DNA of 64,000 nucleotides. Source: Camelus dromedarius. Taxonomy: Eukaryota. The stretch is taken from assembly GCF_036321535.1 (NCBI RefSeq), contig NC_087436.1, positions 39,868,001 through 39,932,000 on the forward strand. Reading direction: 5' to 3'. Made by a program: the position numbers and the translations under genes. Under the pieces are notes generated by a model. It did not search any database and had not been told where the DNA came from. It saw nothing but the letters and a program-made list of their open reading frames with translations. Each line of letters opens with the position of its first letter. The stretch's first letter is position 1. This document shows positions 53,303 to 64,000 of the stretch, piece by piece.

Positions 53303-53309
53303 ATTTGCT

Positions 53310-53790
53310 CATTTCTATTGAAACTTGAAACCTGAATGAAAGGAATAGCTTTCAAAGAAAATACAGTTTAATCAAATTAACGTCAAAAGAGATGAACTCA
53401 ACACAAGAATCTACAAGAATCAGACTCATTAAAGATTTAAGATCACCTCCTCCCCCTCAACAGAACAAAACTAAAATCGAGGCCCAAAGTTCTTTCTGTG
53501 CTATAATGTCTAAATAATTCCATGATATTTCAAAAATAAAGTTTCCAATTTACTTTTATGGAAATTTTTAGACTCTAATATAAAAGCCTGACAAAACATT
53601 AAAAAGGGAAAACCTGACAAAATATCAAAAAGGGAAATATAGGACCAATCTTTTTTTTGTCAAAAGTAAATGAACACATGCATTGTGTCAATGAAAAGAT
53701 TCTAAACTATCAACTAAAAATTACAGGACCACGTTAACAAAGTAAAATCTATGTGAATGGAAAACACTGTTACATACATTTCTTTAATAT
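53310..53790 (+). mobile_element. Decayed L1 ORF2 fragment containing a 26-bp tandem duplication
   Basis: A-rich sense L1-like text; cctgacaaaacattaaaaagggaaaa (53587-53612) repeated as cctgacaaaatatcaaaaagggaaat (53613-53638). Confidence 0.5.
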
Positions 53791-54659
53791 AAGGAATCCA
53801 GCAAAACCACCTTCTTGCCCACCCACCCTTTATATACAAAAGGAAATTAGGCAAATCAAATTAAGATTCACTTATTAAAAATAAAAAAGCAGCCAATACC
53901 CTGAGTCTTGGTATATATGTAGGTATTTTTGAAACATGTTTTGGAAATATTGAAATAGAATAGTTGTCAATAACAAATACTATCCTCATCAGTCAGAGAT
54001 TCCAATTTGGACTTTGTTACATAAGATAACCAATAAATAAGCAAGAGCAATTGATATTAAAGATTATGTTCTACTGGTTCTAATAGTAACTATTAAAACT
54101 TCAAGGTCTTGGGGAAAAGTCACTTATTATGCAAATAAATTACAAATACATTTGTTATGACTGCAGGAAACAAAGGAGAATAGTTAAAGTTTAAATTTTA
54201 ACACTATTCTGTGTTTAGGGACAGAGAATAGTAACATTGATACTCTCTTCTCAGTGTGACATCTCATCAGTGCAGTCTTCAGCCTCAATTTGTAATCTCA
54301 AGTAGCATTGGCCTCTATTGCTGTGGCAGAAAGCATTTTCTCCCTTCTTAATTCTCTAAAGTTCTTTTCCTAAATGTTGCAGTAAAAACTACTTGCATTT
54401 ATACATTCACATACAAAGCACTCTGTTTGTTACATACTAGATGGCAAAGTTGAGAAGCTGAATAAACCTAAATACTAACCGAAATGGGTGGTTTGAGATA
54501 GAGTACATGGATTATACTGAACACATTAAAATAGTAAATTAACACAAACTACTGATATCATTAAAGGTAACACACATAACCATAATATGTCACTTTAGCA
54601 GACATTGGAGACAAAGTGGTGAATAGGCATCATCCATTCAAGGAATAGTTAATACTGGT

Positions 54660-55155
54660 CAGTACAGAAGAAAAATTGAAACGGTAAAATATTACAGTTC
54701 ATATAAGAAAGAAATTTGATAGAAAATTCTGCAAATTTGACAACTGTCCTAAAAACTTGTAAGATATCATCAGGATCAATTTGTTATATTGAAAGTAACT
54801 CCTAAACTTTCAAATAGAAAAAGCAAATTTTCATCACCTACGCAAGGAGACTTGTTTCTTTTCCCCACAGAAAAGTTATTACAAAATTGTTGTCATGTGA
54901 AGAAACAGAGTGTATAGATAACAATTGTAGGAAAAAATATAATAAAAGTATTTCAGACATTTAATAAAAATATTACTTTTATGGACATTGTGATGATGTT
55001 TGTGGAATTTATCAGCTTTCAAAATGTGCAAGTTGGCTGTGATTTCTTCTTTCCTCTCAAGTGTGAACTTTTATGCCTTATTATATATTAGTACTTTTAT
55101 GGTATGTTTTCTTAAGGAGTTCACAAAATTAAATAAGCATAGGGGCTCCAAAATA
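54660..55155 (+). mobile_element. Zaphod-like hAT-Tip100 transposase C-terminal remnant
   Basis: Translation LIENSANLTTVLKTCKISSGSICYIESNS resembles the hATC dimerisation region LIEVFPNLTTILKIYMTLPITSCEAERNFS; downstream acaaaattgttgtcatgtgaaga...gtaggaaaaaa also fits. Confidence 0.75.
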
Positions 55156-55329
55156 TGTCTTTTCTCTACCCTTTCTCAGATCCTTAAGGAGTGTGTGAAA
55201 TTTTGATAGTGGCGTTAGACTTTCAGAATCCAAAGAATGAGAGTTCACATTTGAGGCAATGTCACCTAGGAATCGAGGGACAAAAGGACTCTAGCAGAGG
55301 AGCTAAGAATATATATTGGAACAGCCACA

Positions 55330-55460
55330 AGCAGTGGAGCCCTCCTGGAGACCAATGGTGCTCATTAGCATATTAATATGTCTGAGGATGCCTATGCCAA
55401 AGACAAGGATTTAGAGTGTTCATTCCAGCATTTTTCTGAGGTATTTAGCCACAGAACCCT
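55330..55460. mobile_element. hAT-Charlie-like fragment
   Basis: cattagcatattaa...ccagcatttttctgaggtatttagccacagaaccct resembles Charlie-family subterminal sequence. Confidence 0.45.
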
Positions 55461-58400
55461 GAGTCTTGGTATATATGTGGGTATTTTGAAACATGTTACT
55501 GAAATATTGAAATGGAATAGTTAGTTGTCAATAACAAATACTGAATTATTTCAAGAGATTTTTAGAAGCCAAAATGCATAAAACTAGGAAATACCCATTC
55601 AGTGGCATTTCCATTGATCTATGCTTCACTGCATGAATAGCCAGTGTGATAGTTGGTGCTATTTTCCTACAGGGAAAAGGGTTCCAACAAATGCCAAGAT
55701 TCTTCCACAGGGGGTCTTTAGCTAAATAACTGCCAAAAAAGACGCTCCTTGTGGGAGTTTGGGGGATTAAAATTCAGCTTTCACTGTTGCTTTTTAAAGC
55801 CAAGAACAGTGCCAGTGAACATTGTCAGTAAAAACTTACCAATCATTGATAGAAAATAATTTTAGATATGAAGAGGAGACAATTGGAAAATTAACCTCCA
55901 CTTTGGGAGAATTTTATTTTTCTTGATTTCTGCCTACTTTGTTTCGTTGGTGTTTGATAAGTTGATTTTTACTTTTCAAGGAAAAACAGTAAGCCCATTT
56001 TAATTGGGAATGGTTTGATTGCTTGTTCAGATGACAATGTAGGGAAACTGGTTTTCAATGGAAAGCTAAGCGGCCACCTTTTGCAGACCTTATTTCTAGT
56101 AGTCCTCCAGTATGCACTTACCTCCAAGAGCATGTGGAAGGAAGAGCTTTTGAAATTTAAGGCGTACATTTTGAAAAGCTAAACTTGACAAGAGAACCAA
56201 GAGTTTATGTGTGTGTGGATAGTTATTTTGATTTTCAAACTGCAAATGTTATTGATAACTACTTTAGAAACTTTCCTTTCATTTTCTTTTCTTAACTGGC
56301 TGTGTTTTTCGAGACTATTGGCTCATGTACTTGGCATGAATATAAACAACATAAGGATAACCAAAAGGAAATTAATCCATCACAGTTCTAATTTCAATTT
56401 GCCTATTTTTATCATCCACATTTTTACCATCTGGAAATTTTTCCATCACTAGCTAAAAATACGATGCTTCTTTTCAAACACTTTGGAGCTTTATAGACAG
56501 ACACAATAAAATTTTATTCTCATTGTGTATAATAAATATGCTTAAAGAATCTGTTAATTTTAATGACTACATAAAATATATTACATACGTGTATGTGTGT
56601 GAAAAGATTAATATTTGTATTTATGTGAAAGCAAAAAACAATGAGGAAAATTTATATAAATATCAAGATACTGATTTTGCATGAATGTTCTTGCAAAATT
56701 AAAAAAAATTAATTTCATATAAAAAGGTTTTTTATCATGAAAATAAAATTATAGTTATGAATATACATGTACTTTTAAAACCTGACCTCATGCTATCGAA
56801 CAAGTAGATATTTACAAAATGGTTAGAAAAAATGTAATAACAGAGAATTTTAACTAGCTAGGTGTTTAACATTTTTACTTGAAACAAATGTAAGCTAATA
56901 ACAATAGGATTAGAATTTCTTCCTTGCTTTTGTGAATAATGTGTATTGTTGTGAATGCATATATGAGTGGTTGTGTGTGTATGTGTGTATACATAGTTAC
57001 ATAAGATAATGACATAATTACAAATACAACACATTTTATTCAGCTATTAAGTTGGTATTGACTCTAGGGCTATTAGAGTCTTGGATTTTGCGGAAAGTTT
57101 CTAATTTTTATAACAAGAGTTCTAATGTCTCTCTGCTGTATTAAAGATTTTTTAGTCAATGAGTTGTTTTTATACACTAGAAAAGTAAATGGTGTGAGAT
57201 TTTGCTTGAACATCTATGGACATGTGCCCGTGTCATCCATTAGTGAGGCAAAGAGTAATTTCTAGAATTAAAAAGAACAAATCTCTCTCTCCCCTACCCC
57301 ATTTCTCTCTCCTTTTCTCTCAGATATATCTCTAAGATATTTTTTCTTCTCATTATCAGTGTAAATGCTAAATGCCTTGTATTAATAAAAAAGATGTTAT
57401 TTTCCAGAGTGACTTTCTTTACTGCCTTCATTTTTTTTCCTCAAATTTTCTTAAATATTTGTTTGTTTGTTGATACTTCCCTAAATATTTTTGATACTAT
57501 CAGATCAAAGTCTTCCTGCACATGCATGACGTATTATTTCCTGATTCCACAGATACTGTTCCTTGTTAGTTTCCATTATTGCTTCTCTCTGTTTTATTTT
57601 CATCATATGTGGGTACTTCCCCCTTTTTTTTTTCTTAATGTATAATACAACCTTCTGGAAAAGAATTATCTATGTTTGTTATAATATGTATTTATATTTT
57701 TATAATATTATTAAGTCTTCTGAAGATTGAATGATAAAAAAGAATAATATAATTCTAGTTGAAGTTAGAAAGTCACAAAGTTTAATAAGCAACAAAGGAT
57801 CAAAAGTATGTTATTTTTAAAATAAAATTCAAGTAATGCTTATTTTTTAATTAAAATGACACAGAATGATTTTACACAAACTTATGGATAATGAAAATCA
57901 ATTTCATGATGATATTAAATTAGCCTTGAAAAGTAAGACATTTTCCTATATTTGCAAAGTATAATCCATATAGAACATGTATATGCATGTGTATTGATGT
58001 GTGTGGGTAGATATCTACATGTGTATGAATGTGGTACATATGGATATAAGTGTGTTAATTGACTTAAATTCCATTCCTTTTATTAAAGAGTCAAATCAGC
58101 TTTTTAAAGGCATATTATTTTTATAAATATTTTTCACTATATCCTTTGTTCAGTGATCAAGATATTCCCCAATTTTAACATATCTCATTAAAATAAGTCC
58201 ACTAGTCCACAAGTCTTTCACATTAATTTTCTAATAATGGATATTTTAAAAAGTGTTTTTCTACATCAGAATTTGGTAGACAGGAGCAGGCTTACCATGT
58301 AGTTCTTTACAAGAACTCTTTAGAAGTAATACAATGTATTGTCTGTTTCTATAAATCTTGTAATGGGAATGAAATGCCTGAGGCAAAGCATGTCTTCTGT

Positions 58401-59227
58401 GCTTTCAAAAGTAAAACATCAAAGAAAGATTCTCTTTGCATATAAACATATGAAAATGTTCATAAGTGAAATCTTTATTCATTGAGATAAAGCAAAAAAA
58501 AGCATTCTTAAAATTTTCTTTCAGAAGCAGTTTCCTAAAATCACAATATACGGACCACGGGTATAATATAGTTGACAGTGATGTCTTGTGATCTTTATGT
58601 ACTCAAAATCCAGGCAGCTTATTTGGTGAGTAGTAGAACAAGAAGAAATTTCTGGGCATATGACATTTCAGATTCTACATTTTAGTTATGATCAAAGGTA
58701 GAACTTTTTTTGGTTAAATATTAAAACTAGATACATCAGTTTGGTAAGATTATGAAAATAGTATAATTTTTATAAAGTATATATTAAAGAAGAGAGAAAA
58801 ATTACAGAGGAGATAACATATTTGAAGAGTGTTACTAGATATTAACAAATCAAAAGTCTCTGAGTGATGAAATATCTAATAAGGGCCCCTGTGCACGCAG
58901 ACATGTAGCATGAAATAGACTCATTGTGCTGACCTGCATAACCATACGAGATAAAATGATTATTTGAAGTCACTGAGTTTTGAGTTAGTTTGTCATGCAG
59001 CACTATCATGGCAATTGCTAAATGAGAAAGAAACCTTGGGATGCAGGAATGAAATAATGGATAACACTCCCTACCCACATGTTTTAATAAACATTGTAAC
59101 TATATATAATAAGTAGCTTGGTTAGCTATTGGGCCACAGGGAAAAATTAAGCAGGGAGAAGGACTGGGAAGTGTTGGAGGTATCATTTTAAATACAGTAG
59201 TCAGGAAAGCTTCCCTGAGAAGGGGAT

Positions 59228-59290
59228 TGTAGCTGGTCAATTGCCCTAAAAAAACCAACTCTGACAAGGAGATTTGTCTTCGGGCTAATT
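59228..59290 (-). mobile_element. LTR16-like ERVL LTR 3' terminus
   Basis: tgtagctggtcaattgccctaaaaaaaccaactctgacaaggagatttg resembles the reverse complement of an LTR16-family end; adjacent to and co-oriented with ERVL pol. Confidence 0.55.
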
Positions 59291-59359
59291 ATCCCTTTCA
59301 TGATGGCAACTGGGTGGTAGCTCTAGTTTAAAATTTAATGATATATTTACTGTGTCATC

Positions 59360-61380
59360 TGGTGTCATCTCCCCCTTCTGCGATCCAAGACTTCTAAACC
59401 TGCAGGACCAAGATTCACAGTAAATGGAAATACAAACTCTCTAAAATCAGTCGTTTAGATGAGTGTGGTAAATGGGACCACTCCCACCCTCTTGGTTTCC
59501 TGATTTATGTGTTACATCAATTAATGTCTTAGTGTTGGTAGGTCGAGCATACCCTCTGCTGGCTGAAGCCCTGTGGGTAGGAAAGGCAAAAATATGTCGA
59601 TTCCAGTTAATATGAGTAACTGCCCCTTTTGTGTTTGAAGGGATCCGATGTGTTCAGTTTTCTACCATGCAGCTCTTTGGCCTTCGCCAGGCTTGGTGTC
59701 ATACTGGTGTCTCAGTTTTGATCTCTTTTGCTGGCATGTTGGTATCAGTGGTAGCTAGATCAGCCTTGGTAAATGAGAAACTATACTGACAGACCCATGT
59801 CTAGTCTCCATCCTGGCCACCATGGCCACTCTGTTGCCAGATTCAATATTCAAATATTTCTACTTCTGGGTCCTGGATCAACCAGTCAAGCCATTCATCA
59901 TCGCTCATACACTTTATATATTCTAACATTGAGATGCTTCTCTTTCCACATGGAATAGATGAGCAAATGTAGTGTCTGAGCTTTTCCCAGTGGTGAGATC
60001 AATACTCCTAGTCAGTATTATTTAGCGCTCTAGTGGTCAGGCAGTAGTGTAGCTGCAGCCCGTTTTCAGAATGCACACATATCCAAAGCTAAACCTTTTG
60101 ACAAAACCAACTCAGATTTTTTACTTTTGTCAGCTAGTCATAAAGGACCCCAACTCATGAGGCCATAAGAGGGACCCGAGGGAGCAGAGCTGGTCCAACC
60201 GTGACGGATTAAGTGGCCCATGAGATAACATAGCTTCCTCCTACTCTCTTGTCTTTCTCAGGCTGAGTCACGGATGTAACATTTCCAATTTACAATGAAT
60301 TGCTCCTGGACTTCTCTAAATTTATGACTGTCAGAACCCAGCTCATATTGGACAATTCACATGCAACGTCACATGGTGGCCAATGGTCAGTATTCTATCA
60401 GAGTCCAGTGGCACACCAAGAGCGGTTTTTAAAAAAAGGTATATAATTCTCTTGAAAGTGGCATAGTTTTGCTCTCTAGGGCCTGATTATGATTCTCCCA
60501 TGAACTTCACCTTTCCGTCTTTTTTTCACCATTGACACCTCCAACATCGTAAGATGCCAAGAGAATGAGTCAAGGGATAGGTCTTGTACTATAGTCTTGA
60601 TCCGTGGCAGATCCCTTTCTTACTCTAGGGGCCCCTCGAATCTGGCAGCATTCCATGTGATTAGGCATAACGCATTATTCCCAAGTGTGGAATATATAGC
60701 CTTCAGATACTAAAGAGGCTGATCAGGTGTTCAGGTGTTGGGCATCCTTCTTTGGATCCCAAGATGCAACCATTTGCCTTTTATTTCATAGTGGATGTTT
60801 GGCAGGTTTCTGACCTCTAAACATTTTATTGAAGAGGCAGAAACCTGAATCTTCACAGGGTTTATCTTCCATTCTTTGGATCACGTGTGTTTTACCAAAG
60901 CTCCCAATATACTTGTTTCTTGCCTAACTGGTTTAATTATGTATATGATATTCATAATATCATGGGCTGAAGTGAAATTTTGTAGTGTATCTGGCTGTAC
61001 CAGGTCTCTTTGAACTATATGATGGCAAAGGGTGGAAGAGTTGACATTGTCTTGGGGTAAGAATGTAAAATATACTCATGCTTCAAGCAAGTTGCAGCTG
61101 TTTCTGATCCTCTTCTCTGTAGGGACAGAAACCAGTACGTTCTCCAGATCAGTGGCCACATATCTGAAACATTGTTATCTATTCTAGCAAGGAGAGCTCA
61201 TCTGGCACAGCACTGCAACTGGGACCGCCTCAGTGAGTTTATGGTAGTCCATTGTCATCCTCTGGGACCTGGCAGCATGAGACCCGTGCCTAGTGGTGAC
61301 ACTAAGGATACCACAGATGCAGCTATAGGCAGCTCATTTCAGTCCTCCATCAGGAGGTAATGTCTATATTTTCCTGCCTC
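59360..61380 (-). mobile_element. ERVL-class (HERV16-like) pol remnant: RT to integrase, dead
   Basis: Minus translations SQRMTMDYHKL, LSLLE*I, YVATDLENVL, FLPQDNVNSSTLCHHIVQRDL (60998-61063), LGALVKHT*SKEWKINPVKIQ, FTKADLATT and HIGSLQTQKGQLLILTGIDI match ERVL pol (WRMTVDYRKL, YAAIDLANAFF, LPQGYINSPALCHNLVRRDL, LTKADLATA, YIGPLPSWKGQRFVLTGIDT). The YIDD motif is degenerate; many stops and frameshifts. Confidence 0.9.
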
Positions 61381-61567
61381 CAAATGCTCTCTGATTACTC
61401 AAACAAACAAACAAAACAGCACAGGCCGTGCTGGCAACATGTATTTTTCCTTCACTCCCCTCCTTTCACAAGCAGAGGAAACCCACTGAAGCCAGTGGCT
61501 CTAAACAGAGCACCAATCCCTCCTTCCCAGTTTGACAGCGGACCGCTAGGCAGCCGAAAATTACGGG

Positions 61568-61586
61568 GCAGCGCCATCTGCTCTTA
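61568..61586 (-). promoter_or_regulatory. Candidate CTCF site
   Basis: Minus strand taagagcagatggcgctgc matches the CTCF core (CCAGCAGRKGGCRCT) except the leading CC; lies in a small CpG-retaining patch. Confidence 0.45.
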
Positions 61587-62529
61587 GCTCCCTAGCTTGG
61601 CAGGAAGTTGTCTTCAGCCAAGTCATCGCTTGGGTTTCTGTCTTGTTTCTTCCCCAGGAAGATGTTTATCTTATTCTTAAGAAGATATGCCTTAAAAAAT
61701 TAAATTGTTAATGCTAAGTGTTAGGAGAACAGAAAAGTGTGTTCAGTTGCAAAGATACAGAATCATCTCAACTACATATCTTCAGATACTGTTTTCACAT
61801 TCATATTATTTATTTCTATCACATTCTCAAATCAGTAAATATTAAATGGAGTGACTTCTATGTCATTCTTTCTCCCCTCCATGAACGTGTTCCTTGGAGT
61901 TCTTGTTGATATCTCATTGATTATTGCTAGTCTTGGTGTCCTGAATATATGGAGCCAAAAACATTTTTAATAGATTAATTCTTTGGTTTAAAGTTTTACC
62001 TAATTAAAATCTAAGGCTACCTTTCTATATATTCTTTAAATATTCTCTAGCTTTGTTGGCAAAGAGGCAGATGAAACTTTCAGGAGTCATAACTTCTAGA
62101 GAAGTTGGAATCTGTGTATATTTATACAGGACATTTTCCTACTCATGTGCAGTGAGAATTTCTGGGTTTTTTTTTTTTTTTTTTTTTTTGTCTGTCTAAT
62201 TTACACTGTCTCTTTCAAATTCCCCATCAACTTTTTTTTAAGACAGCCAGCTAAAGTTATTTCTTCAAATGAAAGCTAAGTTGAACCAAATACATTTTAG
62301 TTTTGACCCAAAGAAAGAATTTGACAGATACTATAAATAAGTTTTTTTACAGATAAGAACAGGAGTCATTTATCAGATGTCCTGAGGGTATAGAGTGAGT
62401 TGTGAGTAATCAATGTGTATTCCTGGAGGTTGCCTTTCAAAAATTATTTGAAACACTTATTTTTAAATTGCATATCAGTCTCACAAAACCTATGATGATA
62501 TCTCCAAAGTGTGCAAAAGGCACTGAACA

Positions 62530-62730
62530 GCCGCCAATCAGGATGCTGATTAAACAAACATACATGCGTTTATTAAAAATAGGCCAATAGTATATACAAA
62601 CACACCAATTTATTTTTTCAGAACCTAGAAAGGATTTCATCTTTGACTCAGATGTAGCAGTTAACAAATGTTTCCCCCTCACGTAGGTGAGCAGCACAGT
62701 ATACAGGGCCGGAGATGGCAGCTGACAGGG
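62530..62730 (+). promoter_or_regulatory. Candidate promoter/enhancer with short first exon
   Basis: GCCAATCAG 62533-62541, forkhead-like TAAACAAACA 62551-62560, MEF2 TTAAAAATAG 62573-62582, CCAAT 62584 and 62605, TATATA 62591-62596, AP-1 TGACTCA 62644-62650, donor AG|GTGAGC at 62686/62687, E-box CAGCTG 62719. Confidence 0.4.
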
Positions 62731-63396
62731 CAATTCAATTGTTCCTCTCTTCCGGGATTTCTGGTTTTCTGAAGTGCTGTTTTCTGTGTTATCACCTGTT
62801 TTTTGGTTTCTTTTTTTTCTCTAAGACAAACATCTTCTCCAATGCTTGTGCTTCTCTGAAAGCAAAACCAGTTGATAGCAAGAGTGTGCCAATAACTGCA
62901 ATGATAGATGAAATACAGCCTTAGAGAGAGATGGCTTTGATTTTGTTGTTGTGAACAAAGAGAAATTAAACATTTCCCATTATTTTCACTCTTGCCTAAT
63001 CTTGATCTCCTGATTTCATGTAATGTATCTCCAAGTTTTCTAAAATGGAATGGACTTTTCATACAGCTTGGAAAGAAACAGCTAGCTAGGTACCTGGCCC
63101 ATATTAGAAGCTCAATACGTGGTCACTTATATGCTTACTTTTCCCTTTTCTTCCTTCAGCAGCACCTGCAGTGTGATTCCTTCTCTGTGGGACATCAGCA
63201 CTGAAATGGATTCAGAGATAGCTTTTCATTTGAAGGGAAAAAGTGCTTAGTATGATGATCAGGTAGAAGACTGTAATAGATTTAACTAGAACTGGAGTTA
63301 ACTATAAAGGAAGAAGATAAAAAAAATTAGTTTTTTTAAAAAGCACATTTTTATACTAAAAAAAACAAAGTCTTTTCTTGTCATTTTTTTTTCAAG

Positions 63397-63500
63397 ACCA
63401 TGGCTGAAGTCTCCTTCTCCACAGTTGAATTATGCTCAGCAGAGAATGCTGAACTGGATTGCCAAAAGTCAGTCTAGTTACTCTTGATAGTAGAAATAAA
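63397..63500 (+). other. Candidate spliced exon (104 bp; UTR/lncRNA or micro-ORF)
   Basis: Polypyrimidine tract tcttttcttgtcatttttttttcaag|, donor |gtaagt at 63501-63506; all three frames hit a stop. Confidence 0.35.
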
Positions 63501-64000
63501 GTAAGTTCTGAAGCAAAAAGCTGAAGTGGATTTATTTTCAAATTATAGTAGAGTTGATTTTCTAAAGGAAAAGATAGGAAGTTAGAGCCTGTAAGTTTCT
63601 AAAATTGTATTAACCAGTATTTTCTTGATGGAACTTAGGTAATGTATCATCTGAAACTAAAATATAGTAATGGGAAGTAATTCTTATGGGATTTTTGTTT
63701 CATTTTACTTTTTATTTTGAATAAAACAGAACTAATTGAACAGAAAATACGTTGATAGAAAGTAGTTAGAATGAATAGTCAACAAAAAATCTAGATTTAA
63801 GTCTACTTGCAAGCAAGGCAAGTAATTTGACCTCAATATGTATCTGCCATCATAGTCATGTAACATTTTACATAATTTAAATTTACTAATAAACAATCTT
63901 TTAAATAACAGTCAGCAAAGAAAAATCATGAATTAGTTTATGTCTTGCTTTCATTTTTATTGACTGCTATTAAAATTATTTAAACATTTGTAGGCTTACA

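Larger units (their letters stand above)
53898..55542 (+). repeat. Dispersed ~85-bp direct duplication (53898-53981 and 55456-55542)
   Basis: accctgagtcttggtatatatgt(a/g)ggtatttt...gaaatattgaaat(a/g)gaatagtt...gtcaataacaaatact present twice with few differences. Confidence 0.95.

Noticed and set aside
56114..56180. Minus-strand mini exon MYALNFKSSSFHMLLE ending at GAG|GTAAGT
   Set aside because: A single good donor is expected by chance in 128 kb of two-strand sequence; no partner exons or recognisable peptide.
59360..61380. Domesticated retroviral gene
   Set aside because: Stops, frameshifts, degenerate YIDD and deleted integrase core; no long ORF.
62679..63062. 127-aa minus ORF and overlapping 69-aa plus ORF
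   Set aside because: Composition driven by T/A tracts, no recognisable domain; better explained as regulatory or intronic sequence.

Overview
AT-rich, CpG-poor mammalian non-coding DNA, most likely camelid (alpaca/llama/camel). This rests on two tRNA-derived SINEs that look like camelid Vic-1 and on artiodactyl-type L1 3' ends; I recognised no Alu, Bov-A/BovB, PRE-1 or Can-SINE. I cannot support any intact protein-coding gene, rRNA, tRNA or CRISPR array. The ORFs with recognisable content are decayed L1 ORF2 or L2 ORF2, and my own translations show ERVL pol and hAT transposase remnants. Much of the window is transposon fossils: L1s of several ages (two with perfect 15-bp TSDs), L2, MIR, ERV1/MaLR/ERVL LTRs, two ERVL pol remnants, and Tigger/hAT DNA elements, several of them nested. 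The best non-repeat signals are (i) a + strand promoter-like cluster at ~62.5 kb (CCAAT, MEF2, TATA-like, AP-1) followed by candidate spliced exons, one carrying a Kozak-context 25-codon micro-ORF; (ii) motif-dense enhancer candidates at ~19.2 and ~23.3 kb; (iii) a CTCF-like site at 61.57 kb; (iv) a two-state hairpin at 27.66 kb; and (v) an ~85-bp dispersed duplication at 53.9/55.5 kb. I found no convincing new multi-gene system. Repeat subfamily names come from memory of consensus sequences, and boundaries without TSDs are approximate.
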